A stretch of 64,000 nucleotides of DNA from Octopus vulgaris (Eukaryota): positions 38,440,001-38,504,000 of the forward strand of contig OX597822.1 of NCBI GenBank assembly GCA_951406725.2. The letters are read 5' to 3'. Below the pieces are notes generated by a model. That model searched no databases, was not told the origin of the DNA, and saw nothing but the letters and a program-made list of their open reading frames with translations. Positions 51,738 through 64,000 of this stretch are shown one piece after another (position 1 is the stretch's first letter; every line of letters begins with the position of its first letter). The position numbers and the translations under genes were made by a program.

Positions 51738-52190
51738 TCATCATCATCATCATCATTTAATGTCTACTCTCCATGTTGGAATGGGTTGGACGGTTTGATT
51801 GAGGAGTGGCAAGCCAGAAGGCTGCACCAGGCTCCAATCTGATCTGGTAAGGTTTCTACAGCTAGATACTCTTCCTAATGCCAACCACTCCGAGAGTGTA
51901 GTGGGTGCTTTTTACGTGCCACTGGCATGAAGGCCAGTCAGGTGGTACTGGCATCGATCACGCTTGAATGGTGCTTTTTATATGCCACCTGCATGAGAGC
52001 CAATCAGGCAGCACTGGCAACGACCATGTTTGTATGGTGCTTTTTACCTGCCACTGGCATAGGGAACCAGTCAGGTGGCAGAGGCATTGACCAGGTTCGT
52101 ATGGTGCATCTTACATGCCTCCAGGATGGGGAGCCAGTCAGGTGGCACTGGCATTGACCATGTTCGTATGGTGCTTTTTACATGCCACCA
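51738..52190 (-). mobile_element. Family D retroposon with internal 66-bp tandem array
   Basis: Units begin gtgc at 51905, 51971, 52037, 52104, 52171. Confidence 0.85.
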
Positions 52191-53079
52191 GTATATATGA
52201 CATAGTCGTTAATTAAGGAGAGCTTACTGGCTGGAAGAAAGGACTGTAACAGTTAAAGCACTTCACTCCCCAAACAAAATGATAAAAAAGATATTGACCA
52301 TACAAGTCAGTATTGCAGGTTAAATATGAAACTGAACAGCTGATTTTCTTTCTGTGCATGACCCTGTAAGAGAAGGGAGAGAGAAGGAAACACTACACCA
52401 TACATAAAATGAACCAAGGAAGGACCTCAAAATGGTTTCTCAGGGTGCTAGAAATAGCAGCCAAATCATTGTTAAAATCACTACCATTTTCAGAACAATG
52501 TCCCATAAAATAATGTAGACCTCGTTATACAAGGCCTGAAAAAAAAAAAAAAAGGATATTGATGGTCATGGCTGGAATGCTTTTGATCATAGGTCCATTT
52601 AGGACAAACCTGTTGATAAACAATAACCGTATTTGTATGTGTTCACATGTCTGTGAAGGGGTGTGTGTATATATATATATATATGAATGTGTGTGTGTGT
52701 ACAAATAGGAGAAAGAGTACTGTAGCTAGGCATGTAGAAGAATTTATTCATCAAATGCTACTGATTCATTCAGCCACTACTCCGAGTTCCTCATGTTTGT
52801 GCAGTCATTTATTTGCCTGGAAGTAGGAAACTCAGAGTAGAAGAGTATATGCACAACCACACAAGAAGTAGTGAGAAGAAAGAGCTATTAACTGAAGCTG
52901 GATCCACTGATGGAGTATAGGATAATGGATCCCTGGTTAGATCCTGTAGTCTTAGCAATGGAATAGGCAGTATACCAGCTTAACCTAGATATTCTATTTA
53001 AATGTTGTGCCATCAATGGTACGAAGAATTTACATTCTAAAGCCATTAATGAATTATGGTTAGTTTACACAGTTAAAGA

Positions 53080-53490
53080 ACATGGAATATGGCTAATGTG
53101 ATGCTATACATGTATGCAGAGCATGGAATATTTCAAGATAAGAGGAAGGAAATATCCATTGAGAGAATGGAAAAATATGGCACCGTAATGCAGTGATTTA
53201 GATCCATCAATGGAATATGGGATGAGGAATGGTAACTAGATATATTGATGGAATAAGGAATGTTCCAATATATAAACTTCCGTTGACAGTGTGTGCGAAT
53301 GGTTGTTGGTGTTGGGGATAGGCGTTTGCTGGAAGTGAAAATATGGTAAAGTGATGGCGCTACATTAATGGAAGAATGTGGAATGTGGCGGCAACATGTT
53401 CTAACAGATGCTGCTAGACATCGGCTGAAGAATTCTGGTAAGTGCTGACGATTGGATCGGCTGATGAAAGATGGTTCCACGGAGAACTGA
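53080..53490. promoter_or_regulatory. CpG-retaining unique island with GGAATG/GGAATA motif cluster
   Basis: GGAATG at 53226, 53257, 53380; GGAATA at 53084, 53125, 53212, 53250; about ten CpGs. Confidence 0.35.
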
Positions 53491-53944
53491 TTTTTTTTTG
53501 TTAAACAGCAGCTCATTCTTAGAGTACAATACACGGACACACACACACACATATGTATACACACACACACATATGTATACACACACACATGGATACACAC
53601 ACACACACACATATAGACACACACCACACTTAAACACAGTAACATGTATCATTAGACATATGTTGACATTTACATACACACAGATGCATAGACAAACACA
53701 CACACATACGACACACATGTGTACACACACTTTTGTACACACACACGCACACCATATTTAAACTAATATTTATCATCAGACATATACTGACACATACACA
53801 CAAAAATAACAAACACACACACACACACAAACAAACACCATATTTGAACACAATATTTATCAACAGACATATGCTCACACACAAATACACACACACGTAG
53901 ACATGCACACACACACGTACTCAACAACAGCCCAGCAGAAATTC

Positions 53945-54295
53945 TTTTATGTTTTTACTGGTTTCAATCATAGTACTGAGGCCATGCTGGAGCATCACCT
54001 TTAAGGGTTTTTACTTGATTGTATCAACTCCACAATTTATTTCAGTTAGGCTTATTTACAAACCACTAAGTCCCAGGATTAAAAGGACACATATAGACAG
54101 GATTGGTTTTTTTTAACTGTAAACACACTCACCTAAAATACACACACATATAATATGCACATATACAACAGGTTTCTACATAGTTTACCAAATTCCACTT
54201 GTAAGGAATATAGTAAAAGACAATTGTCTAAGGTGCATAGACTGAGATAGAACTCAGAACCATGGAGCTGCAAACAATTTCTTTACCACATGACT
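53945..54295 (-). mobile_element. SINE family A, highly diverged
   Basis: ggccatgctggagca and gaactcagaaccatg segments. Confidence 0.55.
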
Positions 54296-54332
54296 AGGCC
54301 TCTGACTTCTTTGTACAGTGACTCTGTCACTT

Positions 54333-54363
<31 letters not shown>

Positions 54364-54429
54364 ATGTGATCACACTTGATCACAACATGGCTACGGCTAA
54401 AATATACATCCCTGAGACTGTGAGGGGGG

Positions 54430-54630
54430 TTTCTACATGGTCATTCAGCCTACTAGAAATAGCAGCCAAGCCCCCTCAAATCATACCCTACTGTTTAAGA
54501 AAAAAACAAGAAAGACATATTGGGTAATGAGGTCAAGGGTTCCTTGTACATTGCAAAAGGATGGTTGGTCAGGCATGGAATGCTTTAATCATAGGCATGC
54601 TTAATTAGGGCTGACTTAGGGCTAAACAAC
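54430..54630 (+). mobile_element. Old SINE-like family G (representative copy)
   Basis: ggtcattcagcctactagaaatagcagccaa ... tcatagg...gggctgacttagggctaaacaac; related pieces at about 530, 23670, 24140, 24850, 39020, 48060, 52435, 57095, 58080. Confidence 0.65.
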
Positions 54631-55064
54631 ATGGCTATTGCTGAAATTGATATTGGTAACATGTTGAGAGAGAGAGAGAAAGAGAGAGAGGGTAGTGGAG
54701 GAGGGTGAGGTATCCATTGATGTGGAGGCCTTCATGCCATCCCTTCACACATTTCAGTCCAAGTCTGGAATTAGAATCAGGAAGTAGAGATGTCATCCTA
54801 TATGGGTCCAATGGCTACAAACTAATCTCAGTACAAGACTTGGAAGGTATTATTGAACCCTCCACCCACCCCCGTGCCCCAACCCCAACCCCACCCATAT
54901 CCCTTACCCAACCCAGAAGAAATGAACAGCAGAGATGATACCCCTACCCCCACCCTGAAGGAATTTGAAGTCAGATTGTAAAGCGATGCAACTACATTAC
55001 ACAAGGCACTGTTGCTCTACTGACTCTGCCTTCCACAATCAATTTTCTTTATTCCCTGACAAAG

Positions 55065-55095
<31 letters not shown>

Positions 55096-55558
55096 AACAA
55101 TCATGGTTCCTGTATTACACAGGATGTCTCCTAGTTAACAAGAAGAGCCATAAGTGAGGCTGCCATGGTGATGGTGGTGGTGGTGGGGACAAAATCACAA
55201 GCGATGCTGAGGTTGTTGGGATAAACCCCTACTGCTGCCTCTAAGATACAAGGAGACAGAAAGAGAGTATGCCTGGCTCCTGTGATGCTATTGATGGTTG
55301 CTAGACAGGTAGAAGTGGTAGTAGTAGTGGTACGTTTAGTATGTGTGTGTGTGTGTGTGTGTGTGTGTACAGTGGACACTGTAGTTGTACTGGGAGCGGT
55401 GGTGGGCTGTATGGAAATAGGAGACCAGTGCAGTTGTAGGCTAGGATGTAGGGGGGAAGAAAAAGGATCTATAAATTTGCACTGAGAATCATATGTGTGT
55501 ATATGAGAATAACAGTGATAAATCTCTTTCTTTATCTATCTATCTATCTATCTATCTA

Positions 55559-55753
55559 CATGAGGGTGGTGCAAAAGTAGGTATACAGTAAGCACCACAT
55601 CAATGTTACAATACTTATTTCATTAAAATTATTAGCACATTAAATTAGCCTCATTTTTGATATTTTCAGTGTCATTAATCATAATAATACATTTATCATG
55701 ACTATCTAAAATAATACTTTTATCATAACCGTGTATCTACTTTTGCATCACCC

Positions 55754-55755
<2 letters not shown>
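55559..55755. mobile_element. Tc1/mariner-superfamily MITE
   Basis: agggtggtgcaaaagtaggtatac ... gtgtatctacttttgcatcaccctg|TA. Confidence 0.75.
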
Positions 55756-55802
<47 letters not shown>

Positions 55803-56327
55803 CACACACACACACACATGCATATACAGGTGTGTGCATGCATGTGTATGTTCAATTGGAAAATTTTCTCCATTTTCAGCTATTTAAGCTGTTGTGTGTG
55901 TGTGCCTGTGTACCCAAAGGCAAAGATGGGCATGCATGCACACATACACACACAACCATATGTGTCTGTGTGCATGTACAGATAAGTAATTCTGCACTAA
56001 TAGAGGGTGAGAAAGGGAAAGTGCAAATGAGAGAAATATTAAGGTAGCCAACCAGATAGTACCGGAGGAATCTCAGTGAAGACCAATACTGTTGAGCAAC
56101 AGCAGTACCACCACCACCACCATCACTTCCATGATTACCTGTTAATTGTGCCAAAGTCCAGCTACACTTCCTGTTCCTCCTCCTACCTGATTTGATAAGG
56201 GGATTTCATTCCTATTAAGACAAGGGAAGAAATTTCTCTCAAAGAAGAAAGTCAGATAATTAGATAGCTTGCTATCTCTCTCTCTCATCTGTCTGTCTGT
56301 CTGTCTCACATCTATCTATATACCTGC

Positions 56328-56362
<35 letters not shown>

Positions 56363-56405
56363 GAGAGAGAGAGAGAGGGAGAGGGGGGATTGAGATAGAC
56401 AGATA

Positions 56406-56440
<35 letters not shown>

Positions 56441-56809
56441 TTGAGATAGACAGATAGAAGGAGATAGAGAGAAAGAATTAGGGATACCTAGACAGATCGA
56501 GAGCTACGGGGGAGACAGAGATAGCGAGATCGATCGATATAGACAGATAGAGGAATAAAAATATGGAGGAGAGAAAAGAGAAAGTAAGCCCTTTTCTTTC
56601 TGTACCCTAGAGTACAAAAGTAGGTCACACACATACACACACAACACGCACATTCCTATGTGTTGAACTGTTAGGTGCAAGTGTGGCAGCCATGCACAAT
56701 GAATGAGCAGCAAGCTGGTGCAGCAGATATCGCATGGAACTCACTATGAATGGAACACAGCAGGGGGTAAGGATGTAATGGTGGTGGTGCTGCTGATGGA
56801 AGCAGCAGC

Positions 56810-56849
<40 letters not shown>

Positions 56850-57002
56850 ATTGTGAAGACTGATGGAAGGTAGTTGTAGTAGTAGTAGTGGTGGTGGTGG
56901 TAAGGAAGGTTTTGTTAATGGAAGCCAGCAGTAGTAGTAGCAGTGGTGGTAATCTTGATGGCAGAAATGATGGTAGTAAAATGATGGTTGTAGTAGTGAT
57001 AA

Positions 57003-57036
<34 letters not shown>

Positions 57037-58603
57037 CTTGGTGGTGTTCTTACAATATTGGAGTGATAGGGGTTTTGATGTAGCAGTTGGTATTTAACCC
57101 CAAGTTAATAGACCAGTGATCAAAGCTATAACCATTCTTGTCTTTGATTCAGACACGGTGTACCTAGGACTATGTTATCTAATGTACCTTTAAACATATG
57201 AATCTAAGACTACAATATCTTAAATGTTCTTCAGGCACAGTCTATCTAGAACTACACAATCCAATGCGTGGCACTGGTGCTGGTAGTGGTTGTAGTAAAA
57301 GTGGTGGTAGTCGTGTTTGGAGCGGTTGTGATAATAGCGATTGTGGTTTATGGCGGTGGTGGTAGTGTAGAAGCTAGCAGAAAAGCTGAATAGAGAGCAG
57401 TGGGAGGATACAGTGGAGCTAGTTGTAGTGGACTTGCTGAAGTGGGAGTCGCCTGGTTGACGATGGTTGCAGTAGGAACTGGAGTCAAAGTAGCAGGAAA
57501 AACAGGAAAGGTTGATACCAGTAGCAGCAGTAATAATAGTCAGTGTGGTGGCCGCACACTAGCAGCAGTGGGTACTGCTTCTGCTACTACCGAGGCTGTG
57601 TAGTGGTGTACATCCTTTACCATAATGTCTGATAATAAAAGAACGATACATACATATGTGTGAGTGTGCGTGTTTGCGTGTGTGTATATTGGACAGAAAT
57701 TGTAATTCTTTGGAGTTTACAGCCGACATAACTATCATGTCTGTTGATGAAGATCTCAGAGATGGAATGGTGAAGGAAAGGAGAGGGGGAGAGAGTCTGT
57801 GGAATTGTATGTCTGGGTTTCAGCTGTAGAACTCTCTCTCAGGCCTTCCTCTTTAATCTTCTCTCTCTCTTTCTCTCTACCTCTTTCACTTTCTCCCCAT
57901 CTCTCTACTCTGTTTTTCCTCCTCTCATCCATATGTCTCACCCCAGACAGAGGAAAAATTAGTTCCAGGGCGAGAAGACAACAGAAAAGTGTGTAGGGGT
58001 TCCCCTAGTAGAAATAGTGAGGTAGGGAGAGATTATGGAATGATGGTGGTAAATGGAAGGGGTAGTGCTAAAGTTGTTGTTGTTGTTGTTGCTTAGCACC
58101 ATCTCAGCCCAGTCCCAGCAGTTTGTGTGATCAAAGGCATAGTGTATCTAGGATTATGTTATTCAACGTTTCACTTTTTGGAGATAGGTAGGGTGATTTA
58201 TCCACAAGATTTTTTAAGGTGAAACCAACCATTGCTGAAACAGAATGTTGCATATTGAAGAGAGTTACTTTGTGCATGTGTGTGTGTGTGAGATTGTACA
58301 TGTGTGCGTATACACACACACACCGTTGAATATACAACATTCTGCATTCTGTCTGAACAATGGGTAGTTTATCCCAAGAATCTAGTGGACAGATATATGC
58401 ATACAAATGCACACACACACAATCAATGTTCCAGAATCTTTGTTTCCAAAACCTATCCAAGTTACTGGTTTTTCTGAACCAGGGATGGTCACTTCAGTCA
58501 ACACACTCTAAATTTAAAATATCAAATTTACTTGAAGAATTAAATGAAATCCAGGCACTTGTATCTTAGTGTAAATTTGTGCAGGACATATTTGTGATGA
58601 TGA

Positions 58604-58661
<58 letters not shown>

Positions 58662-59012
58662 TCATCATCACCATCATTGTTTAATGTCCGTTTTCCATGC
58701 TGGCATGGGTTGGATAGTTTGACAGTCTGGAAAGCCAGCTGCTGCACCAAGCTCCAGTCTGATCTGGCAAGGTTTCTACAGCTGGATGCCCTTCCTAACA
58801 CCAACTACCCTGAGAGTGCTTTTTACATGCTACCGGCACATGTACATATATGTTAGATATTTGTGACAGAATGAAATAAATTGTTCCTTTGATGATCCAG
58901 TGCAGTCATGCACCTAAATGCACTTGGAACAGCCAATGCGGAGTTCTAAATAATTGCAACGGAGAAATCTATGTAGGAACTAATTTATATTTGTGTTTAT
59001 CTTAATTATCCA

Positions 59013-59087
<75 letters not shown>

Positions 59088-59440
59088 CTAGCTGTTGGAC
59101 CCAGTGTTGCTCGTGTTTTCCATGTTGAAGTTAAGCCCATCTCTTACTAAGCATTTCCTTAGAGACTATTCTCTCGATTTTGTTGAAAAATGCAAAAGCT
59201 GCAGGAAAAATAACATTGTTATGGGAATTTCCATTCAAATGCCCGACTGAGCTAAAAAAAAAAAAATCGATGCCAGCTGAGCATTATTGAGTTTTAGAAA
59301 AATTTTGGTCTTATTTGAACCTCAAGGACATGTGATCTACCCAGGTGCCAAAAATCATCAAAATCGGTCGGACGGTGTGGGAGAAATTAGAATAACACCA
59401 AACACACACAGACACTATTACACATTTATGTATATATATA
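59088..59440 (-). mobile_element. Non-autonomous Helitron
   Basis: Minus strand ends cgagcaacactgggtccaacagCTAG|T (decayed hairpin plus CTAG). Confidence 0.6.
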
Positions 59441-59472
59441 TATCTGTACATGTATATATATATATCTGTATA

Positions 59473-59559
<87 letters not shown>

Positions 59560-59956
59560 GTGTAGGTGTGGCTGTGAAGTAAGAAGCTTGCTTTCCAACC
59601 ACATGATTCTGGGTTCAGCCCCATTATGTGGGAGCTTGGGCAAATGTCTTCTATTATAGTCTTATGAGTGGACCAAAGCCTTATGAGGGGATTTAGTAGA
59701 TGGACACTGAAAGAAGCCTGTCATGTGTGTGTGTGTCTTTGAGTCTGTGTTTGTCTGCCACTCCACTGCCCAATGTTTGACAACCAATGTTGGTGTGTTT
59801 ACGTACCCCTAACTTAGCAGTTTGGCAAAAGAGAATGATAGAATAAATACCAGGCTCAAAAAAATAAAAGTACCAGGGTCAATTCATTCAACTAAACATT
59901 CTTCAAGATGGTGCTCCAGCATGGCCACAGTCTGATGACTGAAACAAGTAAAAGAT
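59560..59956 (+). mobile_element. SINE family A, older subfamily
   Basis: gtggctgtgaagtaagaagcttgc ... gactgaaacaagtaaaaga. Confidence 0.85.
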
Positions 59957-60047
59957 ATCTATATATGTATATATATCTTGTAGCTATAATGTTAAACTGT
60001 CATATGTCCAAATTTCGCCAAATGCAGTTTTTTCAATATTTTTGCTA

Positions 60048-60275
60048 GGGTGGTGAGCTGTCAGAAACGTTAGCATGCCAGGCGAAATGCTTGGCAGTAT
60101 TTCGTCTGCTGTTACATTCTGAGTTCAAAATCTGCCGAGTTCGACTTTGCCTTTCATCCTTTTTGGGTTGATTAAATAAGTACCAGTTACGCACTGGGGT
60201 CGATGTAATTGACTTAATCCTTTTGTCTGCCCTTGTTTGTTCCCTACTATGTTTAGCTCCTTGTGGGCAATAAAT
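60048..60275 (+). mobile_element. SINE family C with variant tail
   Basis: gagctgtcagaaacgttagc...gcctttcatcc...tttagctccttgtgggcaataaa. Confidence 0.8.
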
Positions 60276-60867
60276 AAATAAATATTTATTTTTGCTTGCT
60301 ATAGCCAGTTCTTTTGGTCAAACTATCGTATCTCCAGCTGCTTCAGATGCCAAGATATCAAAAATCGTCAAAGTGTAGTACAACAGTTTTGCTATGGAAT
60401 GGTGAAACTATTTTTCTATTTTCTGAAAAAACAGTGTTTTGGACTTACAACACTTTTCCATAATAGCAATGACATATATATACATATGTATCTTCTGGTG
60501 ATATGTATACAATGGTGGTGGTGGTGGTAGATGGTCTTCCGACAAAACCAAAGAAAACTATATTTTGATTGGTTTCTTGATTGCTGGTACTAATCTGTCT
60601 GTCACAACTAATAACAGTAGAAGTGTTGCTGTTTTCTTTTTTTTCTTATCTGGCAATAATAGCAGATTGGATTTGAACTTGAAACACACAGATTCAGAAC
60701 AGATACTGGCAAAGCAACCTGTTCAATGTTTTACCAATCCACTGCTGCCATAGACCCTAGATTGTGCTTTATTTTATTGACCACACCAGGATTGGAAATC
60801 AGAATGTAGACTGTTGGAACGAGTCCCACAAGGCAATCTGACACTCTAACGAGTCTGCCAATTTGCC

Positions 60868-60930
<63 letters not shown>

Positions 60931-62400
60931 CTAAATCACACAATACATTTCCAGAGTGTAATTCTATTGGTAAACATACACACACACATAGTGGTTATAA
61001 TAAACTTCCTTATTGTTAATTTTTTAATTTCACTAATTAACAAGTGAGTGCGTGTGTGTGTGTGCGATCATGTGTACATATTCTTGGAATAAGAGCTTCC
61101 CTCCACTTTCACTCCCCCATAGTCAGTATCCAACATGTTCTTCATTTCTTTAAGACATTATGATGTTATGTTGAGGGAGATTTAGCAGCTCTTTCTAAGC
61201 AGAAAGAGACCATGTAGAAGCTCCCTTTTGGCTCAGCCACAGCTGTATTGGCTGGTTCTATAATAGTATTGATGGCAGTGGTGGTAGTAGTAGTAGTAAT
61301 ATTTGTAGTATTGGTGGTAGTTGCACTGGTATATATAGATACTGTGGTACAGTAGTGTCCACAGTTGTAGGATAGTGTAGTAGTAATAGTAGTAGTAGTT
61401 GTAGTAGCTGTTGTGAAATAACACTTATAAAAACCAACATATGTTTGCATGTGGATATGAAACAGCTGATGATGGTGGTGATGGTGGTGGTGTTAGCGGT
61501 GGTTATGATGCTGCTGCAGTTAATGAAGATGATGATGATACAATGTATCAACCAACAAGGAAAACTAAACATGTTTGTTCAATATGTTGGTGTGCACATG
61601 TATGTATGTATGTATGTATGATGTATGTTTGTATGTATGTGCATGAGTATGTCTGTACAGGTATGTTAATGTGCATATGTATATATGTGTGTGTATGTGT
61701 GTGTTTATCTAGGCATGTATGTTAATATATACAGAATTACATATGTGTATGCGTCTGTGCAGTTTACTTTGTCTAGCAGGAACCTTGAAGTCAAAGAATC
61801 TTACATTCTTCGGCTATAACAACAACAAGCAAAGGCAGTGATGTTGCCTCAGTTTTACAGTTCTGGTGGTAGTGGTGACGGTATAATTAAATTAAATCGA
61901 CAGCCCCAATATATAACTGGTACTTACTAACCCTGGCAGCATATGAACAAATAACATACAAGGATACAATTTAATAGGAAAAATAATGCAGCCTGCTGGT
62001 ACTGTTTGCCAGAACTCAATAATAACAACAACAGCAATTATTTTCTAATTAAGGCACAAGGACAGCAATTTTGAGGTGGGGGTAGAGGTGTGTGTGTGCT
62101 TAGTTGAGTGCCCCCCTTCCCACCTCCTGTAGTACTTGACTGGTATTTTTCAATCTCAGAAGAATGAAAGGAACTCTGGCACAACACCCCAAACTACTGC
62201 CTAAAGAGACTAAAAGATATTGGGATTGAGACTTGAACTGCCAAATCTTGTATTCTGTAGGAATCTTAAAGATTCTTGAGATTTGAGGAAACTTGTTACC
62301 AAATCTTAAGATAAAATCCCTGCTGACTAATATGGCAGATAATAATAATAATAATAATAATTATAATAATAATAATAATCATCATCATCATCATCATCAT

Positions 62401-63009
62401 CCTTTCTACTAATGGCACAAGGCCCGAAATTTGTGGGGAGGGGACTAATCGATTGCATCAACTCCAGTGTTTCATTGGTATTTAATTTATTGATCCTGAA
62501 AAGATGAAAGGCAAAGTCGACTTCGGTAGAATTTGAACTCAGAACATGAAGACAGTTGTGCTAATGATTCTGCCAGTTCACTGCCTTGATATAGAAATAA
62601 TTATTTCTACTCTAGGCACAAGGCCGGGAAAAGATTTTGGGAAGGGGGGCTAAGTCAATTATATCGACCCCAGTGCATAACTGGTACTTATTTCATTGAC
62701 CCCGTAAGGATGAAAGGCAAAGTCGACTCTGGAGGAATTTGAACTCAGAACGTAGTGATGGGTGAAATTCCGCTAAGCATTCTGCCTGGTGTGCTAATGA
62801 TCCTGTCATCTCACTGCCTTAATAATAATAATAGCAATAATTCTTTCTATTATAGTCAAATACATCAACTGGTTCTTATTTTATTGAGCCCCACCCCAAA
62901 AGGAATGACAGGCAGAATTTGAACTCAGAATGTAAAGAGCTAGATGAAATGCCGCTAAGCATTTTGTCTGACATACTAACAATTCTGCCAGCTTGCTGCC
63001 TTCATAATA

Positions 63010-63063
<54 letters not shown>

Positions 63064-64000
63064 GTTTCAAATTTGGGACAAGGCCAGAAATTTGCTCAGC
63101 TGGACGAAATACTGCCAGGCATTTTGCTTGGCATGCTAATGATTCAGTCAGCATGCTGCCTTAATAATAATAATAATCCTTTCTGCTATAGGCACAAGGC
63201 CTGAAATTTTGAAGGAAGGAACTAGTCGCAAAGTCAACATCAGCAGAATTTGAAATCAGAACGTAGCAGCAGACGAAACAACGTTAAGCACTTTGCTCAG
63301 TGTGCTAACGATTCTGCCAGCTCGACACCTTAATAATCATCATTGTCATCATCATCATTTAATGTCCGCTTTTCATACTAGCATGGGTTGGACGATTTTG
63401 ATTGCGGGCTGGTGAACCAGATGGCTGCACCAGGCTCCAATCTTGATCTGGCAATGTTTCTACAGCTGGATGCCCTTCCTAACGCCAACCACTCCGAGAG
63501 TGTAGTGGGTGCTTTTTATGTCACCGGCACGGGGCTAGTCGGGCGGTGCTGGCAACACCTCGCTTGAATCTTTTTACACATAATAATAATCCTTTCCACT
63601 ATAGGCAAAAGGCCTGAAATTTGGTGGGAGGGGGCTAATTGATAAGATCGACCCAAGTACGCAACTGGTACTTAATTTATTGGCCCCAAAAGGAAGAAAG
63701 GCAAAGTCGACTTCGGCGGAATTTGAACTCAAAACATAGCGGTCTCTAACATGACCACAAAGCCACAACACATATGAGGGAAAGAAGAAAAATGCAGTAC
63801 TTGACTGTTACTTTATTGAAATTTAATCAAAGTGAAAAGTAAAGGTGATCACAAATGGATTTGAACTAATTAAACATCACAAGGCTTTTTTTTTTGTCTG
63901 GTGTTTTAGCAATTCCATTAACAATGGCCCGATATTTTTGGGGAGGAGCCAGTCGATTAGATTGACCCCAGTATGCAACTGGTACTTAATTTATCGACCC
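62401..64000 (-). mobile_element. Array of about seven co-oriented SINE-C copies separated by (AAT)n, with one family D copy
   Basis: Copies at about 62401-62588, 62603-62820, 62840-63002, 63062-63162, 63178-63332, 63590-63738, 63925-64000. Confidence 0.85.

Noticed and set aside
51905-52190. 66-bp periodicity resembling a CRISPR array
   Set aside because: Whole units are similar with no unique spacers; eukaryotic retroposon context; no cas genes.
53459-53490. ctgatga as another hammerhead core
   Set aside because: No helix II followed by GAAA and no helix I partner.
57400-57603. Gly/Ser/Ala/Val-rich ORF
   Set aside because: Degenerate (GTA)/(GTG) trinucleotide region; minus frames contain stops.

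Overview
AT-rich, microsatellite-dense animal genomic DNA. The repeat content (tRNA-headed SINE families, RTE/CR1/Tx1 relics, (TA)n/(CA)n tracts) looks like an octopus/coleoid cephalopod genome; this is an inference. Almost every ORF in the supplied track is a microsatellite or SINE artefact. The window is mostly intron of a minus-strand MRL-family adaptor gene (lamellipodin/RAPH1, RIAM, Drosophila pico, C. elegans mig-10). One clear 78-nt exon (8219-8296, EEQKARLQAEKIRIALEKIKDAKIKK) and a probable upstream 72-nt exon (18500-18571) are missed by the ORF track, and there are several weaker 5'-exon and microexon candidates. The rest is nested transposon debris: at least five SINE-like families, Tc1 and mariner relics, hAT/piggyBac/pogo-type MITEs, and Helitron/Helentron-type elements. 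Two observations stand out. (1) A fold-back element present twice joins a tRNA-like Pol III head to a minimal type I hammerhead ribozyme with Penelope-like inverted-repeat-plus-tail architecture. (2) Both MRL exons can pair with their own downstream intron across the 5' splice site, which makes them candidate ADAR editing/splicing hairpins. Coordinates were read by eye; repeat boundaries are approximate and family letters are local labels.
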